A stretch of 64,000 bases of DNA, taken from Fistulifera solaris. Its lineage: Eukaryota. The notes beneath the pieces were generated by a model that was not told the DNA's origin, made no database searches, and saw nothing but the letters and a program-made list of their open reading frames with translations. This document shows, piece by piece, positions 1 through 11,700 of the stretch (position 1 is the first letter of the stretch; each line of letters opens with the position of its first letter). The stretch covers positions 930,001 through 994,000 of the forward strand of contig AP026123.1 in NCBI GenBank assembly GCA_030295235.1, in the 5' to 3' direction. A program made the translations under genes and the position numbers.

Positions 1-683
1 TTAAGAGTCTTATTTTCACGTCGAAATAATCCGAGGAACGACACCATGAATTTTTACTATGAAACAGTGTGTTGGTTTACGCCAGCCAAGAGTCGTCGAT
101 TGTACAGTAGTCATGAATCACAGTTGTTTTATTTGTCGCGATTCGCGATGCATTTCACAAAAACAAAACGTCGTCTTTGACATCACAACAAAGCAATATT
201 GGATGAAATCAATGAACAGGTGTTTTTGCTTCGTTTTGTCTTTCACAGCGGCCAAAGCAACAATCAACTGTCAAACATCTTCTTTAAGTGTCATTTGTGG
301 TCTATTCCTTGTTCCCCGTAATGCGAAGTTCGTGCCAACATTATCATTGAAGATACTTGTTTTTTACTAAAAAGACACAGGAGAGGTCAGATTCTTCATT
401 ACAAAGTATTTTGGCAGCTTTTCGAGTTGATCGATTTTGACCATGACTGGATTTCAGTCATGAGGCGCAAACAGTTTTTACGCGGTCGTCGCCGCTGGCT
501 CATCGCATTCTTCATCGTTTATTTCTTTCTCGCAAGGATCTGCGACGATGCGAGAATAAAGGCAAAGCAAGGTGCACACCAGTGCATGAGGTTGTTATAT
601 TACTCGTAGAGTTGATTGCATCCAAGTGTTCCGGCCGACCTAATACCGCACCAAACGGAACTGGTGTTTTCCCTCTGTGTCTC

Positions 684-1367
684 ATGTTTCGGCGATACTC
701 CTACAAGTCGATTGTGATGTTGATGATCACCACCGCAGTTATACTAAGAGGTGCCACTTCGTTCAGCTCGCCTGCTCCTCGCTACAACTATTTTGCGATT
801 GGCTCAAATATGCTGCCGGAAACGATGGAAGCGCTTCGGCAAATTGATCTGAGCCGTTGCAACAGTACGGCCGCCGTGTTGACTGATTATCGTCTCGCTT
901 TCGATATATCGATGGGCCAGTCGGGCGCGGCATCGGTACGGTATGAGCCGGGAAGCGTTGTTCACGGAGTCTTGTATTCATTGACCTCGGACCAATTTGC
1001 TTCACTCAGTCTATCGGAGGGAGTGCCATTGGCGTATCTTTGGGAAAGATGTTCGGTAGTTCCTTACGAAGGTGATAATGACAGAGCGGGTGAACTAGCT
1101 TTGACGCGAAATGATGTAGAACCCGTCCCTGCATTCGTCCTAACGAGTCGGTGGGGACGAAAGTCGGTTTACAAAGAAAGAAGTACCCACAAAGATCTAC
1201 CTACTGGACGAGCCTACCTCAACATTCTGCAACGAGGAGCTGCGTATTGGAAACTGGATCGGTCTTATCAGATAGGTTTGACAAAAGTACGGACAACAGC
1301 TAGTTTCGATGGATCTGAGCTGCTACTGGAGCAGGCGCAATTTTTCAACAAATTCAAATTGATGTAA
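684..1367 (+). CDS. Gamma-glutamylcyclotransferase (GGCT/AIG2-like) family protein, putative bipartite plastid presequence
   Basis: YNYFAIGSNM motif, then YRLAF and VHGVLYSL...LSLSEGV, typical of the GGCT-like fold. N-terminus 'MLMITTAVILRGATS-FSSP' looks like a signal peptide followed by F. Start is either ATG 684 or ATG 717. Confidence 0.7.
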   Translation: MFRRYSYKSIVMLMITTAVILRGATSFSSPAPRYNYFAIGSNMLPETMEALRQIDLSRCNSTAAVLTDYRLAFDISMGQSGAASVRYEPGSVVHGVLYSLTSDQFASLSLSEGVPLAYLWERCSVVPYEGDNDRAGELALTRNDVEPVPAFVLTSRWGRKSVYKERSTHKDLPTGRAYLNILQRGAAYWKLDRSYQIGLTKVRTTASFDGSELLLEQAQFFNKFKLM

Positions 1368-1408
1368 AAGTGATTATACGTGGTTGCTATGAAAGAATGC
1401 TTGATTGA

Positions 1409-2111
1409 TTACCACCACCACCAAGCTGATTGAATCGTTTTGCGGAACTCGGGTTGTTTTGAACGTCTTTCGACCCAGGCGCCTAGTTTCGGGCAGTTTA
1501 ATCCAGTGGCGAGTCCAAACTCTTGATCCAAGCGCCATAAAAAAGGAAAAGCATGACAGTCAGCGATAGTGACAGCATTTCCAACCAAATAGTCAGTATC
1601 CTGACTCGAAAGTTTGCTCTCCAGATTATCTTGCAGCATTTTTGCCAATTCAGACGTGTTTCCGCTTCCCAAGACAGCTTTTTTTGCCGGTAGGCAGCAT
1701 CTCGTTGATTTGTTTTCTCCATTCGTCGACGTCGTTTCGTTGACTTTCCGTCATTTGTAGCACGTTATTGTCGCATACTACTTCTCCCGCTCCGATGGCT
1801 TGTAAAATCAAATCCGAATCCGGCCACACCTTCGTGGCAGAGGCCATCTCTTGCACTAGTACTGGGACAGTCCCAGCCGGATTGAGCTTCCAAAACCAAT
1901 CCGGCTTTCCTCCCGCACCATATAAGGATATTTCTTCCATTTCGTATGGAATCTGCGAGCATTCTAGGGCCAGCCACGCCTTTTGGGCGAACGGGCACAT
2001 TTTGTTAGTAATAAGACGAACTGGACTTGATTCCGGCATGTTTAGACCACAAGCGAAAGACAAAAAGAAGGATGAGAGAGTAATGAGCCAACGAGAACTA
2101 GACGTGATCAT
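1409..2111 (-). CDS. Glutathione S-transferase (omega/lambda/DHAR-like, Cys active site); one apparent frameshift near 1680
   Basis: N-domain has MCPFAQKAW...KPDWFWKLNPAGTVPVL...DSDLIL; C-domain has YLVGNAVTIADCHAFPFLWR. The two ORFs join if the A7 run at ~1679-1685 (minus strand) is A6, giving ...GKKAVLGSGN.... Hydrophobic N-terminal signal. Confidence 0.85.
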
Positions 2112-2445
2112 ATTATTCGCTTGTAAACTTCATTGGCATAACTTTCGACATGGTCGCTTTTGTCGTGATGGCGGTGTCGTTTTATATAGTTTTTCGTCTC
2201 GCAGATTTTTCGAAAGTCGAGTACCGGTGCGGGTCGAATGAAACTGGTATGATGACGTGTAAAATTACACTATTGTCCATAGTCATTTCTATTACGTATT
2301 ATTGCGCGCCGCGCCGACGACGCCGTTCCTCTTGCCGCAACCAACAAGCTGCTAAAAGCCCATTGTCTGATAATATAACAAAGCTAGAACTAAGAAAGGT
2401 AAACTGTAACGCGGCTTAGTAAAAGAATTAGCACAAGGTTTCAGC

Positions 2446-2907
2446 ATGGCAAGCTTGCAGTTGGCGCTAAAAGCGCGTAGTCTCACTCTTCAGAACAAAC
2501 CGGCTCGTTTGTACCGAAGCATTATCAGGTACGATTGTTTTGAATGTCTGCATTCAATTGAACATTCGTTTTTCTTCCATTTCAATGCACACTCAAACAT
2601 ATTACAAACTCACAGAGAAGTTCCCCGTGTCATGACGATTTATGATATTGTGCATGTCGGAGAAAAGGAAGTCAAGCAAGCCATTCGTCAGCACTTTTAC
2701 CGAAACGCCCATGTCAAAGATGAGCGCGTTATCGACATGTTGCTGGAGCGAGGATACATGGATCTAGAGGATACGTTGCTACAGCACAAGCAGAAGAACC
2801 ATCTTATGCTCCTCATTGAAGGATACACCGGCGGAACCGATTTCAATTCCAAACGTCTCACGCCGGACTCTTCGGAAGCAGAGCAATTTGCCCGGTGGAT
2901 TGGGTAA
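2446..2907 (+). CDS. NDUFA6: Complex I LYR-family subunit NDUFA6/B14-like
   Basis: LYRSIIR(E)VP...IRQHFYRNAHVKDERVIDMLLERGYMDLEDTLLQHKQKNHL matches B14. In-frame GT-AG intron 2529-2615 (87 nt). Confidence 0.8.
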   Translation: MASLQLALKARSLTLQNKPARLYRSIIRYDCFECLHSIEHSFFFHFNAHSNILQTHREVPRVMTIYDIVHVGEKEVKQAIRQHFYRNAHVKDERVIDMLLERGYMDLEDTLLQHKQKNHLMLLIEGYTGGTDFNSKRLTPDSSEAEQFARWIG

Positions 2908-3128
2908 AATATCGCTCAATTGCGTATGCTTCCACGATGTTACATGCAATAGTTCTTACTTAGTTGAGGAAATTAATTTGTGCCTTATTTTTCATAGCTA
3001 CCAAAGATGCAAGGACCCCTTCCAGAATTTGTTTCGTTGAAAATTACTTGTAAGAGTTGATAATCTCCGTTTTAATAATATCACAATCCTAAAAAATAGT
3101 TCAACATTTATTAACGTTTTTCTTACAA

Positions 3129-5240
3129 TTAATCTTTATTACCGTCTTGAGCGTTCAGTAAACCAGACACATCCCCAAGCTTTCTTTTATTTCCGGCAGC
3201 GGCCGCCAAGGCATTCGAACTGAGTCCTCCAGCAGCAGACAGATTTCCCAATGAGCGCGATGCTAGTGCATTTGCAAGTGCAGGGTTGCTTTGCATCAGC
3301 TGCTGGTGAGCCAGCAATCGAGCCGCGCTATCTTGACCGTGTTGCTGCTGCATGAGAGGAATATCAAGCAACGAAGGATCTTGGTGGGGGATGTCCCCAG
3401 CGGCCATTAGGCTCAAGAAATCATCAACGGATGAATTTCGTTGAGAGTTTAACCCATCTTGTACTCGCAAAGCCGTTAATCCCGTAGATGAGTCCTGACG
3501 GAGTAAGTTCGCCAGACTGGCAGCGCTCTGTGCATTGCTTGCCCACAGATTACCTGAGCTTGCGTTGCCGCCGCCATTACCAAGGCCCGCACCCAATTGA
3601 TTCAAATTCCCCATGCTTTGTAGAAGAGAGCTCAAATTGGCGTTGCTGTTTCCTGACGCATTGTTTTGGCCCATATTGCTGTTGGAGAAATTTCGTAGGA
3701 AAGATTCCACACGCCCGGCCGAGCCCAAATGTCTATCGGCCATTAAATCGCCCGACGAACCCATAGTTCGTGAGGCCACAAACTCGGCATTACGAAGGCC
3801 CGATTCCGGTACATGATTCATACTCCCATTCTGAATAAGATTTGCCAAGTTATCAATCGACTGCAGCGACTGAAAGTCGAGTGACATCAAGGCGTCAAAG
3901 CTGTTTTGTCTCTGACCTTGAAGCATGCTTGATAGAGAACCAGACGAGAGACCGCCTCGATCACGGGCGAGCTGGGACAGCTGATCTCGTGAAAGCCCGG
4001 TCTTTAACATGAGGTCACTGACGGATGGGTTGCTGGAAAGACGAGCAGCTGTCAACACAAAATGAGAATACAGATTCGACGAAAGTGAAGATCATTCGCG
4101 ACTTCGGCCCACTTACCTGACGCACTGTGAGCAAGTTGTGCCATCGACAGCCCACTTCCACCTCCTGCGGAAAGACCACCACTATTGCCCGACCGAACAG
4201 CAGCGGCAAGGAAGTTGCTCGCCGAGGACTGATTCTGTTGTTGTAAGGTCTGTAGCACCGACTGCTGCGAAGCTCTGCGTTGAAGCTCGGCTAGTAGATC
4301 TCTGCTGTCGTTATTTGACTGCTGTTGCTTATCGTTGTTGCGTTGGAAAAGGCTTCCTCCTAATAACGCACGTCCGGCGGCAGCTGCACGGCTACTGGAT
4401 CCTGATAGGTTGGAGGCTGCCAGGAGAGCTCCGTTGCCGTGCTTGAATCCAAGGGGCGGTTGCAACCACGGTGGACTAGGAGGCTCGTGATGTCCCTGAC
4501 GCGAAGCTCCTCCCATGTTGTTTTGATTCATCCGCTGAAGATCATGACTCCCGCCCAAGCTGTTTCCTCCGCCGCCGACTGTCATGGGAACATTCGAATT
4601 GTTCGGACCCCCGGCGCCCGCTCCTGCACCTACCCCAGAAGATTTGACCCGATTCGTCTGAGCCACACGCTCTAGAAAACGGCGTTCCAGTCTGTCAAAG
4701 ATTCGGAGTCGCAAAAGGAATGCAATGAGGAACGATAGAACAAGGCGGGCAAATCAAATTTTTATCAATCAGGGACTTACTCGGATAACTCGGCGCGCGA
4801 TTTCTGTATTTGTTCAGGTGTTAACCGATTCAAATCAGCCGTGCGTCGACGAAATACCTGTTTTCCGATGCAATTGCCTCCCACAAACTTCTTGGATATT
4901 CTCATAGGATCACAATTGAGCAATTTACTAAGAAAGGTACGTAAGGTAGTTCCATCGGTCAAAGGCAACAATCCTGCTTTGAATTCCTGAATCAGACGGT
5001 TGGCGTAAGCTTCTTCTTCGGGAGTCCATTTTCCGCGACGAAGAGGAGGCCCCTTCTTTTTCCGCCACCGCCGCCGTTGTTGTTGTGTTGTTGTTGCTGG
5101 GCTTGCTGCATCTGCTGCTGCTGTTGCATTTGCAATGCTCGGGCCATGACTTGTTGTTGCTGAGCTCGATCATTGCTGGCGGCGATTAGACCATCCGCTT
5201 GGGCAGCACTCTGTGCTGCCTGAAGGATGAGGGAGGACAT
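3129..5240 (-). CDS. Putative transcription regulator with Myb/SANT-like conserved domain and Q/S/G/N-rich low-complexity regions (multi-exon)
   Basis: Conserved block LRRGKWTPEEEAYANRLIQEFKAGLLPLTDGTTLRTFLSKLLNCDPMRISKKFVGGNCIGKQVFRRR at ~4780-5050. PolyQ upstream and a C-terminal NKRK NLS-like motif. Introns at ~4692-4779 and ~4049-4117; homopolymer frameshift near 5060. A tiny upstream exon near 5398 is possible. Confidence 0.7.
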
Positions 5241-6249
5241 GCTGTAACAACATGGTAGAGGGGGAGGTTAGGCATTCGTTGAATTGCGGCGCAGGATAGG
5301 AGATCATACACATGGTGCTGCGGTCTTTCATTTTGTTTGTTGCAGCCCGATGCTAAGTTTCTCGAAGAGTGAATGATGAACAAAGACTTACCCTCCATCG
5401 TTGAACGAGTCGGACATGATGTTGAACTAACAAGCAAGACTTCTTCCTTTCTTCAAACAAGTAACTTGAGCTTCAAGGTGTTTGTGTAAAACAATCAGCC
5501 TGATTCATGTTGAACGTTGAACCTGCACCGCCTACGGTGGTCGCTGGACGATGAGCAGCTTGGAGCAGCGATCAGCTGTATGCTGTATTCCGCGCCGCTC
5601 TTATGGAGTGCGGTTGGCATGGAACAAAAGGTATGACGCCAAGTTGTGTACCAGTTTTACGTGGTCTTACGGGTTCACCCAACGCACGCGCATACAGTTT
5701 AAGCTATACTCCATAATCTTGACATCTGCTTCAATTTGAACAGCCACAAACGATGACATTTTTCTGGCCAGTACCGTATTAAATTTCAGTAGTGAATTTA
5801 GTAGAAAAACTCCGAAACCTAGAATACAGTAAAGAATACGGACAAACTTTTCGCTCTTCTGAATTCTGAAGGTACTCTAGAAAATAATGTAGTCGAGTGG
5901 ATTTCAATTGGACGTTTTTCCGCTGATAGTCGGAAGTACCTTGTATCTTCTACAGAGTACTCTATATATAAAGACACACTTCAATTAAGGTTTAAGGGTA
6001 AAATATACCCTTCTGCGTTCGTTGAAAAGGTTGATTAACCTGACTCCTAATGCTGCTGCAGCATAGACCTCCTCGCTCCTCGCGTGGCTTTCAACGCATT
6101 AAAGCAAAATGAGTGCGGCGGTTCAAAGAATGACATCTATTCAATAATAAAAGCTGCTCCACTTCTATAAATAATTCGTCAATAAACAAGAGAAAGATGT
6201 TAGCGGCCGTGCAGCGTCGCATAAACGCACCGACGAGCTCGTCAATCTA

Positions 6250-8711
6250 ATGGATCAGATGGACGACGCGACCACGGAAGCGTTTCAATGCTGTGAATGG
6301 TTGAATCACCGAGCAAAGCAGCTGGATGCCCTAACCAGCCCGGCTTCGGATGCCAGTAGTATGTTAAGTCGAGCAAATGCTAATTTGGCGGCAACTCTCG
6401 TTCTCATGAAAGACGCCCGCGAGAAATTCGATACGGTGCAAGATTGTGAGCCGGCGATGGAACGACTGGATAAGGGTGTCAAAGATATGGAAGAATCCGG
6501 GGAAAAGACCAAGAAGAAAAAAGTCGTCATTGAAGAATCGGGTCGTTCTGACGGAGCAAGACGTTTACGCGGCAGGAGACTCGATTGAAATTTTGCGTGA
6601 TGCGTTTCAGTATTTCAATGCCAGAAGCAGTTGGCGTTCGGCACCTTCCACACTCTCAGCGCTGGAGCGTTTGCACAAGATGGGCGTCGACGCAATGTGC
6701 TCACTCATTCAAATTCATTTGAAAAAAGCTGGGCCTGCTGTTAGACCGAAGAGGAGCCTCAAGAAAGACGTTATGCCTGCAGATGAGACGGCGCAACAAG
6801 TAAGATATCCCGCGTCTTTTCGTTTTCTGACATTTACTTTTCTCACTCTTTTGTCAGACACGTGACAGACTCGCCGATGCTTTGCAAAATAGGGATCTTC
6901 TTAAATCTATTGGGGAGTCAGAAGAGTATCAACCCATCGAGGCGCGTCCGATACGAGAGATTCGTGCCATCTTTGATTGTCTCGGCAGTCATGGTTACAC
7001 GCTGGGGCCCATTGCGAAGCGAGAGCCGGTCGGGCTCTCGGAGATCTTTGGTATACCAGCGCATAAAGTAGCACGAGTCGAAAAAGTGGGTGCTGGTAGC
7101 TTTTTGAATCTAATGAAGCAGGAACTTCGTACCGGGTTCCCTCAGTTGGATGCTTACGGCGAGGCCCGAAAGTTTACGGCGTATTTTGCAATGGATGCTT
7201 TCTACAAACGAATCAAGCAGGATAGAAAGAAGAAGTTAGAGAAGGCTCAGGAAACCGCGATCGCTCATGCCGCGATGACAGGAACGAAAGTGAAGATGGT
7301 GGACGACGCAGATGCGGCGGCTCGCGATGCAGTTCGGTGTCTCGAGCATTGCATGGTTATTGTAGCCGGTGAGAAGTCCGTATATCGTACTATCATCACA
7401 CCGTCTTTGGCGATGAGGAGCAGTGAAGGATACGACGAAGATGAAGCTGAAACATCTCCGTTTTTCAAGAAGGCTTGTGTTGGAGCGTACGCACATGTAG
7501 TTGGGACGGTCATTGATCGAACCTTGGACATCATTGAGACTGTTTTTCTGAAGGAATGTGGCATTGGTCAGACGTCGGGCAAAGAAAAGAGTGACAAGGA
7601 TAAAGAGCCCCTTTGACCGTGCGTGCGGCTGCGTCTGCTGCTGGTGCCGGATTGCGCATGTTAGACGGTGTCCGTATGCTTGGGCCGTCGCTAGCAAAAC
7701 TCAGTGAAATGATTGTTGGTGATGGACAAACAGATCCTAGTACCAGCATTGCAGCGTCACTTTGCATCGCAATTCATAGAACAACGGTCAAGAACTCGGC
7801 TAGGACCCTCGAGAATCTCGCAAAAGCCATTCAGGATGACCCCCTCAAAGGTCCATTGCATCGCCCTAAAGATGCAAGCGTGTCTACAGTCACTTCCGAT
7901 GTGGTACATGCGATCCGGCTTGTCTCTCCTTTTGTAAGCGCGTACAAAAGTGTATCGAAGCGACGGTAAGTGCGACTATCACGATTAGTTACGACTTGAC
8001 GTTATGTTTCTGACAAATCATTGGAATCCGCATACTGGTAGTGCTCTCCCTTGGGATCCAAATTTGGGTGAGGAGGCTGGTGAGCTCGACTCGTTCGTTC
8101 GTTATCTCGTAATGCGACTTTTCAATTCATTAAAAGGGAAGGCTTTGAACTATACGAAGGACCAGCGTGACGATAGTCAGGCCAAAAGCAATCTTTTCCT
8201 ATTGAACAATGCGTTCTATTTATTAGAAGAGCTTGGTCCTGACTCAGGGCACAGCTTACAGCAAAGCAAAGAACATTACCGCATTGAGGGCTCTTGGTTC
8301 GTCGACAAAGTTCAGAAATTAATGGAATCTGAGAAAAACAAGTATTTGTTACACTGGGAAGCCTTAAACACACATTTAACTGCGGTCGCGAACCAAAACC
8401 TGGAGTATCAAAAGAATGACTCGAATATTCTGTCTCATGATAGTGGTCGTCTCATCAAGGAGCGTTTCAAAGGTTTTAATGAAGATTTCGAACGAACTTA
8501 CGCTTTGCACAAAAAGCTGTGTGTGATCGACCCTCGATTACGGCTGGAGCTTCAGCAGGCTGTCAACAGTGTTTTCTTGCCACGATATCGACGCTTTCAC
8601 GATAAGTACACGAAAATTCGGTTTTCCAAAAAGAATCAAGAAGCATATACTAAGTATCACCCTGATAGGATTGAAGAGATGTTGGCCGATCTTTACGTGG
8701 ATCCTGAGTAG
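6250..8711 (+). CDS. EXO70: Exocyst complex component Exo70
   Basis: C-terminal Exo70 signature LFLLNN.FY...IKERFKGFNEDFE..Y..HKKLCVIDPRLRLELQ...FLPRYRRFHDKY...KYHPDRIEEMLADLY. Introns near 6799 and 7966-8042; homopolymer frameshifts near 6520 and 7612. True start uncertain (6109-6250). Confidence 0.85.
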
Positions 8712-8778
8712 TAACAGACCTTGAAGTGATGAAGAATTTATCCGTATGATACTCCTAACTCCATTTTTAATTAATGAA

Positions 8779-11700
8779 TTAGTCTTCATTAGCACTTTTG
8801 ACTTTTAAACGAAGTTTGGTCACAACCGTTCCGCCATCCAACCCTAATGCTCTGCGTTGTTTAGCTGCAGAGGCAATCCATCCGCCATGTCGAAAGGCTG
8901 CGTCACGCTCGATTGGAGGGAGCGGCTGCCCAATTCCTTGCTCGGTAACTGTCATTTCCCCCGATCCTTTACTAACTTTGTTGATTTCAAAAGCTCTCTT
9001 AACCATTTCTCCGCGCCAAGCTTGACGATCTAACTCTGTGTCGACAAAACGACTAATATCTTCGAGGGAAGTCTCTTCTGCACTGGCCGCCGCCTTCTCT
9101 TCCTCAGATATTTTCATTACTTTGTGTGCCCCGAGCTCAAAGTAACGCGCTTCATTCTCGCGCAATTTCCAGGATTGTACTTGCAATACAGCATAGCAAC
9201 CGCGCGGCCAGATCCACTGCCAAAGAGCGAGTAATGAACAACGTAGCATGCCATCAAAAGCACAAACACCCCTATTTCTCGAATCATGGTCCATTGAAGG
9301 TGAAGAATCTGCCGGTTCTCCATTTATCGTGCGCCAGATGCGCGTGGCAAACAAAGCTACGCGAACAATAACAACTTCAGTAACCTTTTCTTTTGGGTGA
9401 CCTGCTCGTCCAATTAAACGCAAGCCTCGCCTGGCCCCGTCATTTACAGCTCGTGCGGCTGGCAAGTAACCACCAGCAACATCCATCAACATTGCGCTTC
9501 CATTGTCTCCACCATGACTGGCGCCAAGAGGCCCATTAAAGAATCTAGAGCCGCAAGTAACCAAATCATTTCTTCCACCGATAGCCCCAACACGTTGCAT
9601 CGAGCACACCTTGCCCGTGCAGGCATCCATCATTATCAAGGAAAGAGTCTGCCGAAGTTCAGGTGATGTACATGGGTCTACGATGGATAATCAGATTTCA
9701 TTACAAGTGCAGTTCACGATATGCCCAATAACACGCGACGAAGACTCACCTAGAACGCGTTCCAGCAAATACTCCAGTCCAATTAAGAGTCCCAAAGGTT
9801 CTGATTGGGTATCCAGACGGTCAGAGGCGCAACAGATACAAACGGTGGCCTGCGCACAAGCCGCCCTGGTCAAATCGTTCCTCAAAGGCTTACTATCAAA
9901 GATAGAAAGATAGAAATGGGCTGACGTTATGTCTTCCTTGGCATGGTTCTCCATCTGGTCTGTTGGCGAAGTGTTTGAACCACATTGCTTTAATATTGCC
10001 AGGTTAGCGAGCGAAACAATTGCACATGAGGATATCACATCGTAGCAGTTTCCTGAAATGCCTGTGCCGTCCTCTCGAGCCAGTTCAGAACGAATTCGTT
10101 CGCGATATAACTCCCAGTCTAACCAATTACGAGCCGCTGAAATTATACGATCAAGAGGATGAGCGCCAGAGGCTTGAACCTGTTTTCCTGTTGCAGGGTC
10201 GGTTATCATTTGTGGACGGGAGTTTATGTGACTCAGGGAAAGTAGAGCGTCAGCCATCAGCATAGAAGAGATATACGACAATGAAGGCGCTCTACGGCAT
10301 CCTGACGACGTGACCTCGTCAATTCCAGTCTTGTTTTCCATATTGGAAACATCTTCTTGAAGCTTTTCCGCCTTTTTCCTTTCCATCAACTCCTCGTCAG
10401 GATAAACAAGGTGCCCAACCATCTCTGCATCTTCCGACTCAAGAACAGCCGCGAGCATTTCCAATGATTTAGACGGTGTAAGACCGTCTTTGGCACGGAT
10501 GCACGCAATGGCTGTGACGGCGGCTGACCGTACCCTATATTCTTCGTCTTCCTCTATTTCAACATCTTCGGCTTCGTCAAGCGCATCTTCTCGTTCCTCG
10601 CCTTCTTCTAATAAGTCAAGATAACGATACACTTCCTCTTCGGTCGACTTCGTTGACGTAGCAGCGGCGTCACCAGAAGCTGGGGCCTGTTGAAGACTTA
10701 GTTCTCCTGTCCTGAGTACCAATCGTGAAAACTTAATCGGCATAATAGTATCATTGCTAACAAAACGCTCGCTAAAATACTGTAGCAAAAGCGTCAGCCC
10801 CGTCCAGTGATCCGTACTAGTACTGCTTATTGTCGGTGGGCCTTTGTTGTTCTGCCATTGGGCAATGCAGAGCGCTGCCTGTGAGCGGACTGTAGGCGTG
10901 TGCGGTAGTGAACTGTGAATCGCAGGGGACCCCCGCAAACAATCTCCCAATATTCTCACTGGTAATTCAGATACGCTGACATCATAAATAGCTTTCGTTT
11001 TCGAAGGAACTTGGATTTGTAAAGGTCGCTCTGCTAATGCCCGGATAGCATCAACCTGAGCTCCTGCGTCGCCGTCGTGGTAGAGTTGCTCAGCCAAGCA
11101 GGCATCGGGTTGCAATACCGATATTTTCCCTCCGTAGAGGCCCATAGGATCGACACGCACCCATAATAAAGGTGTCAAGTTCGTTAAGCGAATCAGTTCA
11201 ATTGCCTGAAACCCGCCGCGATGAAACTGCGATTCGGTAAAGACACTACCAGATCCTGGCCCTGCTTTTTCACCTCCTGCCGCAAGCTGCGCTTTAGTCG
11301 TCGTAACAGGCTTAGCATGCAGAAACGACGTACCCCAATCTCTACGACTGCCATCTGTTGAAAGCTCTTTTACATATTCGCGGAAATGACCTTCATTCTC
11401 TACAACACGGATCGTGATCGGACCACCATATGCGGTGCCACCTTCCGGAATGATGGGTTCTGCATATGTCTGCAGTTGAATACCTTTAGTAACCGCAGTG
11501 TCTTGATCCCACGCAGAAACATCTCTCGCAGCTTCAACATGAACGCCTACTTTGCAATAAAACATCGATGATCCTCTCACAAAAGAATTAGGGAATCCCT
11601 CTGGGTCAACGAAAGGACCATGCGTTCGCGGATCTTCAGCGTGTCTCTCGACATCCACTTGTGTGCCCATCAACTGATGCTCTTTGACTCTCCCACAAAG

